Assembly: GCA_965116925.1 (NCBI GenBank)
Contig: OZ220744.1
Coordinates: 5,888,001-5,952,000, forward strand
DNA: 64,000 bases
Direction of reading: 5' to 3'
Source of the DNA: Candidatus Poribacteria bacterium
GTDB lineage: Bacteria > Poribacteria > WGA-4E > PCPOR2b
In this document: one piece after another, positions 29,723 to 38,167 of the stretch
Numbering within the stretch: position 1 is the stretch's first letter
Layout: the number at the start of each line of letters is the position of its first letter
Notes under the pieces: generated by a model
Told to the model about the DNA's origin: nothing
The model's input: only the letters and a program-made list of their open reading frames with translations
The model's database searches: none
Position numbers and translations under genes: made by a program

Positions 29723-30778
29723 TTAACTTATCGAAAAAACGCTCACCCCACCCGACTCGTCACCAACAGCAACATGCTGATCATTCGGTGACCAAACGAG
29801 GCTTGTGACCCCCGCTGTCAGACCGACTTCATGAACCGCGAGAGAACGGTGGCGACCTCGCAATTGCCAGACGTAGACCAGACCGTCGGTGCCGCTTGAG
29901 GCTAGCAGTTTTCCGCGATGTTGAAAACGCACAACGCTGAGAAAATCCTGATGCCCGGAAAGCATAATGGGACTGGTATTGGCCGGTCCGCGACCGGAAC
30001 AATCCCACACCACAACGTCCTGACCGCCTCCCGTAGCCAAGTATCGACTCGTGGCATCCCACGAGAGTTCTCGCACTTTCGTTGGATAGCCAGACATTTG
30101 CAAGTCTTCACCGGTAGACATAATCCAGAAATGTACGGTCGAATCTTGATCGCCGGTGGCGATGTATTTGCCGTCAGGGCTCCACTCAATCACCAGTGAT
30201 GAGCCTTGCCATTCCAATCGGCGGACGGCTTCCGACTGTTGCGGGTCCCACAGCGTGACGCCGCCGTAGGCGATCGAGGCAAGTTGCCTCACATGCGGTC
30301 TCCACTGGAGACCAGAAATCGTGCTCTGATGGTCGGGATATTCGCGAACAAGATCGCCGACAGCGTTCCAGAGTTTCAGCTTACGACCAGCGGCAGAGGC
30401 GAGTATCGGTTTTTTGCCGCCACTCCAAGCGAGGTGCTCAACCCATGCTGCACCCCCATCAAGCGAATAGGTCGCTTCGCCACTTGTTATATCCCATAAC
30501 CGAATTTTCCCATCTTGTCCTGCGCTTGCAAGCACCTTGCTGTCTGGACGCCACGCGATTGACATTGTGCCGAATTCATGCCCTTTGAAGGCATGGATAA
30601 CCGATCGACGACGACCTTCAAAAATTGTCACCGGACCGAGAGCCGACGCAGCAGCGATGTATCTCCCATCAGGTGACCATGCTAGATCGATGACGTGGTC
30701 GCTGATGGTTGCGGTCCAATTTTCGCGCAGTTGAGAGGATTGGACAGAGCTGTTGTTGAGGTTGTTCAAGCGAGACAT
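29723..30778 (-). CDS. WD40 repeat beta-propeller protein
   Basis: Multiple WSPDG/GH...D..(I/V)..WD repeats; overlaps the upstream COG0523 gene. Confidence 0.92.
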   Translation of the reverse strand: MSRLNNLNNSSVQSSQLRENWTATISDHVIDLAWSPDGRYIAAASALGPVTIFEGRRRSVIHAFKGHEFGTMSIAWRPDSKVLASAGQDGKIRLWDITSGEATYSLDGGAAWVEHLAWSGGKKPILASAAGRKLKLWNAVGDLVREYPDHQSTISGLQWRPHVRQLASIAYGGVTLWDPQQSEAVRRLEWQGSSLVIEWSPDGKYIATGDQDSTVHFWIMSTGEDLQMSGYPTKVRELSWDATSRYLATGGGQDVVVWDCSGRGPANTSPIMLSGHQDFLSVVRFQHRGKLLASSGTDGLVYVWQLRGRHRSLAVHEVGLTAGVTSLVWSPNDQHVAVGDESGGVSVFSIS

Positions 30779-32136
30779 GCTTTAAACCCTTCAGTCAATT
30801 CTGCCCGGTCGAGGTTGCGCCCGATGAAGATGAGGCTATTGTAGCGCGGTTCACCACCCCACGGGCGGTCGGGGCGACCGTCGAAGAGCATATGAACACC
30901 TTGGAAGACAAATCGGTCTGGTTGACCCTTGATGCTCAGAATACCTTTCATGCGGAAGATGTCAAGACCTTTTGTCCTAAGCAGATTGCCAATCCAATCG
31001 TTCAGCCGGTCGGGGTCGAGGTCGCCGGGGGTTGTGATGCCGACCGATGTGACTTCGTCATCATGTTCGTGGTCTGGCTTAAATTCGCGGTCAACAACTG
31101 GCTTGATAAGGGCACCGCTGCCAAAGAGTTGTGCTTGGAATTCGTTGGGGTGATGCTCGGTAAACAGCGCGTAAGTGCCGGGGTGGTCGATCTGCACGTC
31201 AAAGCGTAATTCGTCCGCCGTGAGATTCAACTCGATGAGTTGTCCACTCGGTTGAAGGACGCCGCCTGCCGAAAGTTCATGCTCATCATCGGAGAAAACC
31301 ATAACGACTGGCTCAACAGCGGCCTGCAAAGCTTCATCGGTTGACTCATTTACGGGCACCAACGCGAGTTTCATCGTCGGGTCAGGACCTTCTTGGAGAA
31401 CCAGTTCATGCGTGCCTGCCGAAAGGTTATAAACACCAGCCCATTCAAAGGGATACTCCGGTTCCATAAACTGTGGGTCAACCTCCATCGCCCGATCCAG
31501 ATCGAATCCGCCGACATTGAGAATCTTGTCCATTTCCACCGCGGCGTTTTTCGTTCGATAAATCTTCGCTGCAGCGTTCATGCTGCGAATTCTAGCTTCC
31601 AGTTGATCCAACTCTTCCTCGGTCACAAGGTCAATCTTGTTCAACAAAATGACATCGGCAAAGGCAATCTGTTCACGCGCTTCGTCGCTGTCATCGATGT
31701 GCTGCCAGATGTGTTTGGCATCAACTACCGTCGTGACGGAATCCAGTTGCAGTTTCTCTTCCATTTCGGTGTCCATGAAGAACGTCTGAGCAACTGGCCC
31801 AGGGTCCGCAAGCCCTGTGGTTTCGACCATGATGTAGTCGAACTTATCGCGACGCTTCATCAGATTCCCCAAAATACGGATGAGATCGCCGCGCACCGTG
31901 CAGCAGATGCAACCATTGTTCATCTCGAAAATCTCTTCTTCGGCACCGATGACCAAATCATTATCGACGCCGACCTCGCCAAACTCGTTTTCGATGACGG
32001 CGATACGTTTGCCATGGTTTTCGGTGAGAATGCGGTTGAGAAGCGTGGTTTTACCAGACCCCAAAAAGCCCGTCAACACGGTGACGGGGACTTGATTGTT
32101 TAGCACGGCTGTGTTCATCTTTCTCTCCTTGTTCAA
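30766..32136 (-). CDS. COG0523/CobW-family metallochaperone GTPase with an inserted domain
   Basis: GFLGSGKTT, GCICC, ETTGLADP, NKID and a CobW C-terminal domain; about 130-aa insert starting YPFEWAG. Confidence 0.93.
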   Translation of the reverse strand: MNKERKMNTAVLNNQVPVTVLTGFLGSGKTTLLNRILTENHGKRIAVIENEFGEVGVDNDLVIGAEEEIFEMNNGCICCTVRGDLIRILGNLMKRRDKFDYIMVETTGLADPGPVAQTFFMDTEMEEKLQLDSVTTVVDAKHIWQHIDDSDEAREQIAFADVILLNKIDLVTEEELDQLEARIRSMNAAAKIYRTKNAAVEMDKILNVGGFDLDRAMEVDPQFMEPEYPFEWAGVYNLSAGTHELVLQEGPDPTMKLALVPVNESTDEALQAAVEPVVMVFSDDEHELSAGGVLQPSGQLIELNLTADELRFDVQIDHPGTYALFTEHHPNEFQAQLFGSGALIKPVVDREFKPDHEHDDEVTSVGITTPGDLDPDRLNDWIGNLLRTKGLDIFRMKGILSIKGQPDRFVFQGVHMLFDGRPDRPWGGEPRYNSLIFIGRNLDRAELTEGFKACLA

Positions 32137-32137
32137 T

Positions 32138-32398
32138 TTAGCCAGCGGTCAAGCTAACGATGTCCGTCTGCTTCACCTCCGCCAGCGGTTTGTGAATCTT
32201 GTATTGCCGGGGCTTTCCGGGTGTTTCCATTATTGCAATGACCGTTTCAATAGGCGGGCAGCCTTCTTCGGTGCATTGCAACTGAGTAACCATCACGGAG
32301 ACGTCTTCTGATAGCCCAAAAGCTTGGGAGACCCACGATTTGATTTGGACAAGTTGCCGCGGATCATTCTCTTTTTGCGAATTGAAAAATTTCAGCAC
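32138..32398 (-). CDS. Small hypothetical protein with a CxxxGCPPxET motif
   Basis: 86 aa, tightly packed between the two COG0523 genes. Confidence 0.75.
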   Translation of the reverse strand: MLKFFNSQKENDPRQLVQIKSWVSQAFGLSEDVSVMVTQLQCTEEGCPPIETVIAIMETPGKPRQYKIHKPLAEVKQTDIVSLTAG

Positions 32399-32425
32399 TG
32401 TTTCAATTGAAATTGTCTGATGAGG

Positions 32426-33583
32426 TTAAGGTTCAGTTGGAACGTGTGAATTCGTTGGCGGTTCTGCCAGAATAAGCTCCCGAAGCAATTCAAAATCGTC
32501 GGCGGCATCAGACTCTGTAACCTGGGGCGTGTCATTTTCCGGTTCGCACGCTTCAAAGCGCGATTGCAACTCAGTAGCGTCGATTCCGCCATACTCACCG
32601 ATAAAAACTAACTGCGTACCCGGTTTCTCGTCGCCCCACGGCGCACCAATGATCAGACGCGCCCGTTGGCCGACAACGTGGACGATTCCCTTCCGATCCG
32701 GCGTCTCATCAAGATAGACAAAGCCTTTGGCGCGATAGATCGTCGCCGGTAAGGTTTTCACCGCCTGACGTACAGCCCGATGTGACAGCGGTTTGTCGGT
32801 CGTGTAACTCCACGTATTAAAGACCAACGTATGGTCGTGGTCATGGCTGTGTTCGTGATGGTGTTCATCCTCGTGGTCATGTGCATGGTCGTGGTCATAC
32901 ACCTCGCCGTCGGCATGGACGTGAACATCCAAGCCCGATTTCCCCGAAAACCGGTGGAGATCGTATGTCCCGACGCCGAGCACCAAATCGAGCGGAACCT
33001 TACCGTGTGTGGTTTCGAGGATACGGGCCCTCGGAACAAGGTTTTTGACAAAATCTGCCAATTTCTCCCGTTTTTCATCATTGACCAAGTCAACCTTGTT
33101 CAGCACCACAATGTCTGCCATAGCGATTTGGTCTAACGCGAGATTCCGATGCTTTCTGTTTACATGATCAATCTGATCGGAATCAACCACGGTCAGCATA
33201 CTGTCCACTCGCGCCGCCGACCGCAATTCGGGTGCCATGAAGGTCAATGAAACCGCCATAGGGTCAGATACGCCGCTGGTCTCAACGACGATATACTCCG
33301 GCGGGTTTGGGCGTTGAATCAATTGTACCGCTGCCTCAAGCAGATCGTCGCGAATTGAGCAGCAGATACACCCGTTGGAAAGGTTAATGGTGGATTCCCC
33401 AGAGACACCAGAAACTAACGCGGCGTCAATGTTAATCTCTCCAAAATCGTTGACCAATACTGCTACGCGCAATCCATGGTCGGCGTTGAGAATGTGGTTG
33501 AGCAGGGAAGTTTTGCCCGCGCCCAGAAAGCCGCTGATGATGGTCACAGGAATCGGTTCTGTGAAGTCTTGGATTTCAGTCAT
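32426..33583 (-). CDS. COG0523/CobW-family GTPase with a His-rich loop
   Basis: GFLGAGKTS, GCICC, ETSGVSDP and HDHAHDHEDEHHHEHSHDHDH. Confidence 0.93.
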   Translation of the reverse strand: MTEIQDFTEPIPVTIISGFLGAGKTSLLNHILNADHGLRVAVLVNDFGEINIDAALVSGVSGESTINLSNGCICCSIRDDLLEAAVQLIQRPNPPEYIVVETSGVSDPMAVSLTFMAPELRSAARVDSMLTVVDSDQIDHVNRKHRNLALDQIAMADIVVLNKVDLVNDEKREKLADFVKNLVPRARILETTHGKVPLDLVLGVGTYDLHRFSGKSGLDVHVHADGEVYDHDHAHDHEDEHHHEHSHDHDHTLVFNTWSYTTDKPLSHRAVRQAVKTLPATIYRAKGFVYLDETPDRKGIVHVVGQRARLIIGAPWGDEKPGTQLVFIGEYGGIDATELQSRFEACEPENDTPQVTESDAADDFELLRELILAEPPTNSHVPTEP

Positions 33584-33587
33584 CTTC

Positions 33588-34568
33588 TTACTGCCTCCGA
33601 TAAGCTAACTCAGTTCTCAAGGCGTTCACGATGGTATCTATGTTGTGACGTATCAACCCGATGTACGTCCCTTCAGGAGTTCCGGGCGTTCCCATCGCAT
33701 CGGCGAAAAGACCGCCGCCGATTTCGACCTCGAACCCTTTTGCACGAACAGCGGCTTGAACAGCCTCAATGCCCTGCGACGGGGTCGAGGTTTCGACGAA
33801 CATCGCCGGGATTCGATGTTCAATAATAAACGCCGCGAGTTCTCTGACATCAGCGACGCCCACTTCTGTTTCTGTGTTCAACCCTTGAAGCCCACGTACC
33901 TTGAAACCGTAAGCGCGTCCGAGGTAACCGAACGCATCGTGCGTTGTGACGAGAACGCGACGCTGAGCGGGTATCTGTGCCGCGAGATTTTGTAGGTCGT
34001 CATGCAATGTTTTCAACGCTGCTAGGTAATTCTTTGCGTTAGAACGATAATATTCGGCATTATTGGGATCGGCTTGAACCAACGTGTCTCTAACCCTTTC
34101 AACTGCTTTCATCCAGAGCGACACATCGTGCCAGACATGTGGGTCGTAACCGCCCTGAAATTCAGATGATGTCCGAAGTTGTGAGCGTAGGATCCCATCC
34201 GTGACGGCGATGGCCTTCGTTTTATCCGCCATCTTATCGTGGGCGGCACCTATAATTTTCATTTCGAGATTCAAGCCGTTGTAGAAGATAATATCAGCGT
34301 CCTTTAGCCGTTCGACGTCTCCCTCTGTCGGTTTATAGAGATGTGGGTCAACTCCTTCACCGACAATCCCGGTGACATCAATCCTATCTCGTCCAATATT
34401 TTTCAAAATGTCGGTAATCATGCCGATTGTTGCAACGACGTGAAGTTTTTTTTCTGTCGTAGGGTTTGCATTTGCGGGGTCTTCTGTGTTATCCTTTTGA
34501 CATCCGCCAGCAACCATCAGCAGTAACACCAACAAACATAAACTCGTCTTGAGAAATTGCCGATCCAT
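33588..34568 (-). CDS. Zn/Mn ABC substrate-binding lipoprotein (TroA/ZnuA family)
   Basis: Lipobox AGGC, GVDPHLYKP, DPHVW and THDAFGY motifs; start MDRQ after AAGGAG. Confidence 0.92.
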   Translation of the reverse strand: MDRQFLKTSLCLLVLLLMVAGGCQKDNTEDPANANPTTEKKLHVVATIGMITDILKNIGRDRIDVTGIVGEGVDPHLYKPTEGDVERLKDADIIFYNGLNLEMKIIGAAHDKMADKTKAIAVTDGILRSQLRTSSEFQGGYDPHVWHDVSLWMKAVERVRDTLVQADPNNAEYYRSNAKNYLAALKTLHDDLQNLAAQIPAQRRVLVTTHDAFGYLGRAYGFKVRGLQGLNTETEVGVADVRELAAFIIEHRIPAMFVETSTPSQGIEAVQAAVRAKGFEVEIGGGLFADAMGTPGTPEGTYIGLIRHNIDTIVNALRTELAYRRQ

Positions 34569-34595
34569 TCTGTCAACTCCTTCTGAATTTGTTAT

Positions 34596-34714
34596 TAGAC
34601 TTACGCAGCGCGTTATAAGTCCCCCTGATTTTCCAAAGTCCCCCTGACAAGGGGGATTTAGGGGGTTAAAAATCAAAAATCTACCCCGTTGTGCTCCAAA
34701 TTTACGTAAGTTAT
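34596..34714. mobile_element. MITE with GACTTACGCA-type ends
   Basis: TAGACTTACGCA...TACGTAAGTTAT with a GTTAT duplication; internal CCCCC..GGGGG hairpins; ends resemble the IS701-like end at 41005. Confidence 0.6.
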
Positions 34715-34731
34715 GTTATATTATAACATAA
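34711..34731. promoter_or_regulatory. Zur box
   Basis: Perfect palindrome TTATGTTATA-T-TATAACATAA matching the known TGTTATANTATAACA Zur motif, upstream of the zinc operon. Confidence 0.85.
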
Positions 34732-34854
34732 CAAATTCAGAAGTCAAGTCAGAAATGGAATCTTCTAGGGAGGAGGAGTTGACTGAATCTTTAACAAAGA
34801 AAAAAAACCGGCATTGTCGTTCTTTTTCACTAAAGAAAAGACGTTTTGAATTCA

Positions 34855-34890
34855 TTGACAAAAACCGCGTTATGTCATAACATAACATAC
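34855..34890 (+). promoter_or_regulatory. zur promoter with an overlapping degenerate Zur box
   Basis: TTGACA at 34855 and TTATGTCATAACATAACATAC at 34870-34890. Confidence 0.7.
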
Positions 34891-34915
34891 ACCTTCATTA
34901 TAAGGAGCTAGGGAT

Positions 34916-35428
34916 ATGTCTTTTACAGATGCGGAAAACACAACATTTGAAGCCTTTCCCAAACCAACCCATGACCATTCTCAGTGTGTCAAAGACGCAC
35001 TGGCAAAGGCTTTGGCGATCTGTCAGGCGCGAGGCGTGCGATTTACCAAACTACGGAAACAGGTTTTTGAACTCGTGTGTGCTAGCCACAAGCCAATCGG
35101 CGCCTACGATATTCTTGACACCTTTCAAAAACGTGGACGGAAAACCGCACCGCCAACCATCTACCGGGCCCTCGACTTTCTGCTTGAACAAGGTTTGATT
35201 CATCGAATTGCCTCGTTAAACGCCTATGTCGGCTGTGACTTCCCACAGGAACCCCATCGCGGGCAGTTTGTCATCTGCAAATTGTGTGGCGAGGCAACTG
35301 AGCTTGTCAGTCACACGATCGATAAGTGTATTGCTATCGCCGCCGAGAAACTTGGCTTTCAGGTTCAATCCAGAGTGATCGAGATTCTTGGCGTCTGCTC
35401 GGTCTGCCAGTCAATAACCCCGCCCTGA
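34916..35428 (+). CDS. zur: Fur-family zinc uptake regulator
   Basis: HDHSQC, APPTIYRALDFL, HRIASLNAYVGC and two CxxC motifs; divergent from the zinc operon. Confidence 0.88.
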   Translation: MSFTDAENTTFEAFPKPTHDHSQCVKDALAKALAICQARGVRFTKLRKQVFELVCASHKPIGAYDILDTFQKRGRKTAPPTIYRALDFLLEQGLIHRIASLNAYVGCDFPQEPHRGQFVICKLCGEATELVSHTIDKCIAIAAEKLGFQVQSRVIEILGVCSVCQSITPP

Positions 35429-36014
35429 AGGGCGAGGCTTGCAATCCCGTGCCAACGGTCACTTGCAAGTTAAACCGTTGACTAGACAATTATATGAAGG
35501 GTGCTCGTAACTGGAACGAGTCTTTTAGCCCCCTTGAGGTGGGGAAGCAATGGTTCTACGCTGAAATCCAGAACCGTTGGATATTGGTCACACTCAAAGG
35601 TTTTGAAACAAAGGCAATTCGTGATTCGCTCGGACTCCAGAAGACTGGTAACAAGATGTCCAGCGGCTTCAACGCCCATTGCGTAGACTCATGGTGCTTG
35701 GCATACCATGTCATCGGAAGCGATACAGACCAAGTGGACAATACTTGTGTGTTTTATGTCAGTCCGATACCCATTGCACGGCGGCAATTGCACAGACAGA
35801 ATCCACAGAAGGGTAGCAGACGCCCACGCTACGGCGGTACAATGTGCAATGGCATCGCCAAGAATACACTGGTAAAACATGTAACACACGGTTTGACTCG
35901 TGTTAGCGGATATATGGAAAAAAAAGGGTATTCCCTATACTCGTTGGGGGTAAACGTCTCACTCAGTCTGCGAAACCTGAGACTTTCAAAGTTCTCACAC
36001 GATTAAACTTTAAT
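35410..36014 (+). mobile_element. Internally deleted IS200/IS605 IsrB/IscB-type (OMEGA) element
   Basis: omegaRNA-like 5' scaffold GTCAATAACCCCGCCCTGAAGGGCGAGGCTTG...GTTGACTAGAC (35410-35487) joined to a C-terminal nuclease fragment. Confidence 0.8.
35494..36014 (+). pseudogene. isrB: IsrB-like (RRXRR family) C-terminal fragment, frameshifted near 35950
   Basis: FSPLEVGKQWFY, AHCVDSW (RuvC-III-like), RRQLH and YGGT; no HNH seen; the alternative frame continues GKRLTQSAKPETFKVLTRLNFN. Confidence 0.72.
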
Positions 36015-36701
36015 CATTGGCTCTTCCTGTGCCTTCCTATACTTAAGTTGCCATCCTATAACAAACCAAGTCGCTGCTGCTGAAGCGTGCGCTTCTTTGT
36101 CACGGAAAGTCAAATCCTGCAACGTATCATAATCAAAGTTATAACGCTCAGTGCCTCCCGGTATAGTGAAATCATACCTGTCATTGTCATCTTGCCACCA
36201 ATGCGTACATTCATGGATAAACGTATTCAGGTAGGACATATTGCCGGGTTTGAATATGTCAACGGTGCCACGAGTGCTGCTATGATTAAGGAAATCAGTG
36301 AACGGATGTTTCCTAATCACAATCGTAATTAGACCGTCATTTTCACTCCCGTGCCAAGGCTGACCCGGAAACTCCCATACAAGTTTAACTCTAATTTTGT
36401 TTTCAATCCTATCATCAGTAAAACTTCTGGAATTACCAAACACAAGGCGGACTGCATCTTTCTCTAATGGGCTTAAACGACGCGGGCCGTGTATCCTTAA
36501 AGCCAGTTCTACTGTCCCATATCCAAGATCAACTACAGGCGGTGCGGCCGGAGGTGGTTCTGGTTCTGGAGGCTGCGATTCTGGCGGCGATGGGACCGGC
36601 GGTACAGGTGTATAGGGATAGGGTGTAGGCGCGCTTTTGGCGGTAGACCCCATGCCTCCCTGCGTATTTCTGAGTCTTCTAAGCAGTGATGGAAATCTCA
36701 T
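36003..36701 (-). CDS. HEXXH zinc-metalloprotease-like protein, probably C-terminally truncated
   Basis: FIHECTHWWQ and KEAHASA; Pro-rich linker; paralog of 38168-39493, ending at the IsrB junction. Confidence 0.7.
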   Translation of the reverse strand: MRFPSLLRRLRNTQGGMGSTAKSAPTPYPYTPVPPVPSPPESQPPEPEPPPAAPPVVDLGYGTVELALRIHGPRRLSPLEKDAVRLVFGNSRSFTDDRIENKIRVKLVWEFPGQPWHGSENDGLITIVIRKHPFTDFLNHSSTRGTVDIFKPGNMSYLNTFIHECTHWWQDDNDRYDFTIPGGTERYNFDYDTLQDLTFRDKEAHASAAATWFVIGWQLKYRKAQEEPMIKV

Positions 36702-36782
36702 CGTATTTCTCCTTTGCTAACTGTGGTTCGATTGCTACTGGTGCAATGTAAAGTCTTGCTAGTATTCCTTCTCATCATCAGT

Positions 36783-37005
36783 CAATTCGATTGGTCTCGC
36801 CCCGTCTCAACGTGATATTCGGTATTTTGTCTGCGATAACATCCGTTCTCCAGAAATAAAAAAGCCCCAGACAGAGTAATTTCAAAGGGAAAATGTCCCT
36901 CGGTCACCCTGCTGGGGCTTCGAGAAGAAAGGATAAATTCGTGCTACATGATGGAATTATACAAATCTATCACCATGATGTCAAATCCTTTCTGTTGATG
37001 TTTCC
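36783..37005 (-). repeat. ~220-bp duplicated non-coding module (copy 1): promoter, hairpin RNA and U-tract
   Basis: Closely matches 40764-40985; minus-strand TTGACA-17-TATAAT (36984-36956), then a long stem and T6 at 36863-36858. Confidence 0.85.
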
Positions 37006-37199
37006 GCCAAGAATCGCCATCGTCTCAACTCCCGGGAAGCTAGAATCTGGATTATATACCGCGTCATGGTCAAAAATAGCGTAAATTGTTTCAACAGCCT
37101 CCAAAATCCATTTGATACTTGCTAAATTCTGCATCGAACGCCTCCAATGATCAAGCCGTGTGTATCATCAAAATCGGTGAGTTTTTCTGTCTGCTGCTG

Positions 37200-37928
37200 T
37201 CATTCAGCGTCAACTGGTATGGTCATAAAGGTAATAATGAATTCATGGTTATACCCTGAGCATTTCATACATTCGCACATATCAGTCTCGTAAATCCATG
37301 CCTCGTCAACCACTATCCTAATCGTATAGCGTTTCCCTTCTTCAAGTAACTTCCCGTTCTCACCACGATGCAATTTTAGGATGGTGGGGAACTTACTGTC
37401 ATCCCATACCGCCTCCCAACCGAGGTCATTGCCCTGTTCGGAAAATAACCTTGCCTCCACCCCAACAGCCCGTTTCGTAAAACTGTATTGGATAAAGTGT
37501 TCATTGAACTCATCAGGATCTACAAGATCGCCCCCCCATATACTCCCTTCCCTTAAGGACATCACTTCCCAACTGACATGAGCCACTTTCAGCCAGACCT
37601 CTGGACCAACACTTGTCGTGCCGTCAGGGTTTGTCCATTCGATTCGGAGTGATATGGGACCGTGCTCTCCATTCGGAATGTCCCAACACACCAGATTCCC
37701 CTTCACTTTAGCCGGCGTTCCATTAACAGAGACGGATAGCGGTCGCTTATTGAAGTAAAGTAGAACGGGTCGGTCGTATGCAGCCAGCTCCCCACTTGCA
37801 GGAAGCGTCTCAATTAGCGTGGCAACGTCGCTTACGAACACATCTTCTTCCACAGATTCAGTTGGATTAGGTGAATCATCTGCACAACCGATCGCGATTA
37901 ACAGTGCAAGTAATAGTAGAATCTTCAA
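37200..37928 (-). CDS. Lipoprotein with putative Ig-like domains
   Basis: TTG start after AAGGAGG, lipobox IAIGC; C-terminal half resembles the 39685 and 40282 lipoproteins (VDP..N....F..., LGW, LLE...YTI). Confidence 0.75.
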   Translation of the reverse strand: MKILLLLALLIAIGCADDSPNPTESVEEDVFVSDVATLIETLPASGELAAYDRPVLLYFNKRPLSVSVNGTPAKVKGNLVCWDIPNGEHGPISLRIEWTNPDGTTSVGPEVWLKVAHVSWEVMSLREGSIWGGDLVDPDEFNEHFIQYSFTKRAVGVEARLFSEQGNDLGWEAVWDDSKFPTILKLHRGENGKLLEEGKRYTIRIVVDEAWIYETDMCECMKCSGYNHEFIITFMTIPVDAE

Positions 37929-38167
37929 TAGTGTTTGCCTCCTTTACCACACTTGGTTGGGAGCGCGTGGCTCTTTCTTCAGAAGTATCATCCCTTCTCT
38001 CAGGGACGACCCAAGAACCAAAATGTCTGCCACTAAAATGATAACCACCGCCTTATCCCGATCTATCGGGACGGTTACTACCGCCTGCTACCGCGGCATC
38101 AATGTCTTCGGTGTTCTTAGCGTCAATCCGCCTGAGAATGGACATCTTAAAACGCGTAGCAACCCCA

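Noticed and set aside
36640..36655. MGSTAKS as a eukaryotic myristoylation signal
   Set aside because: Ser is not at the consensus position, and the RBS supports the upstream Met as the start.
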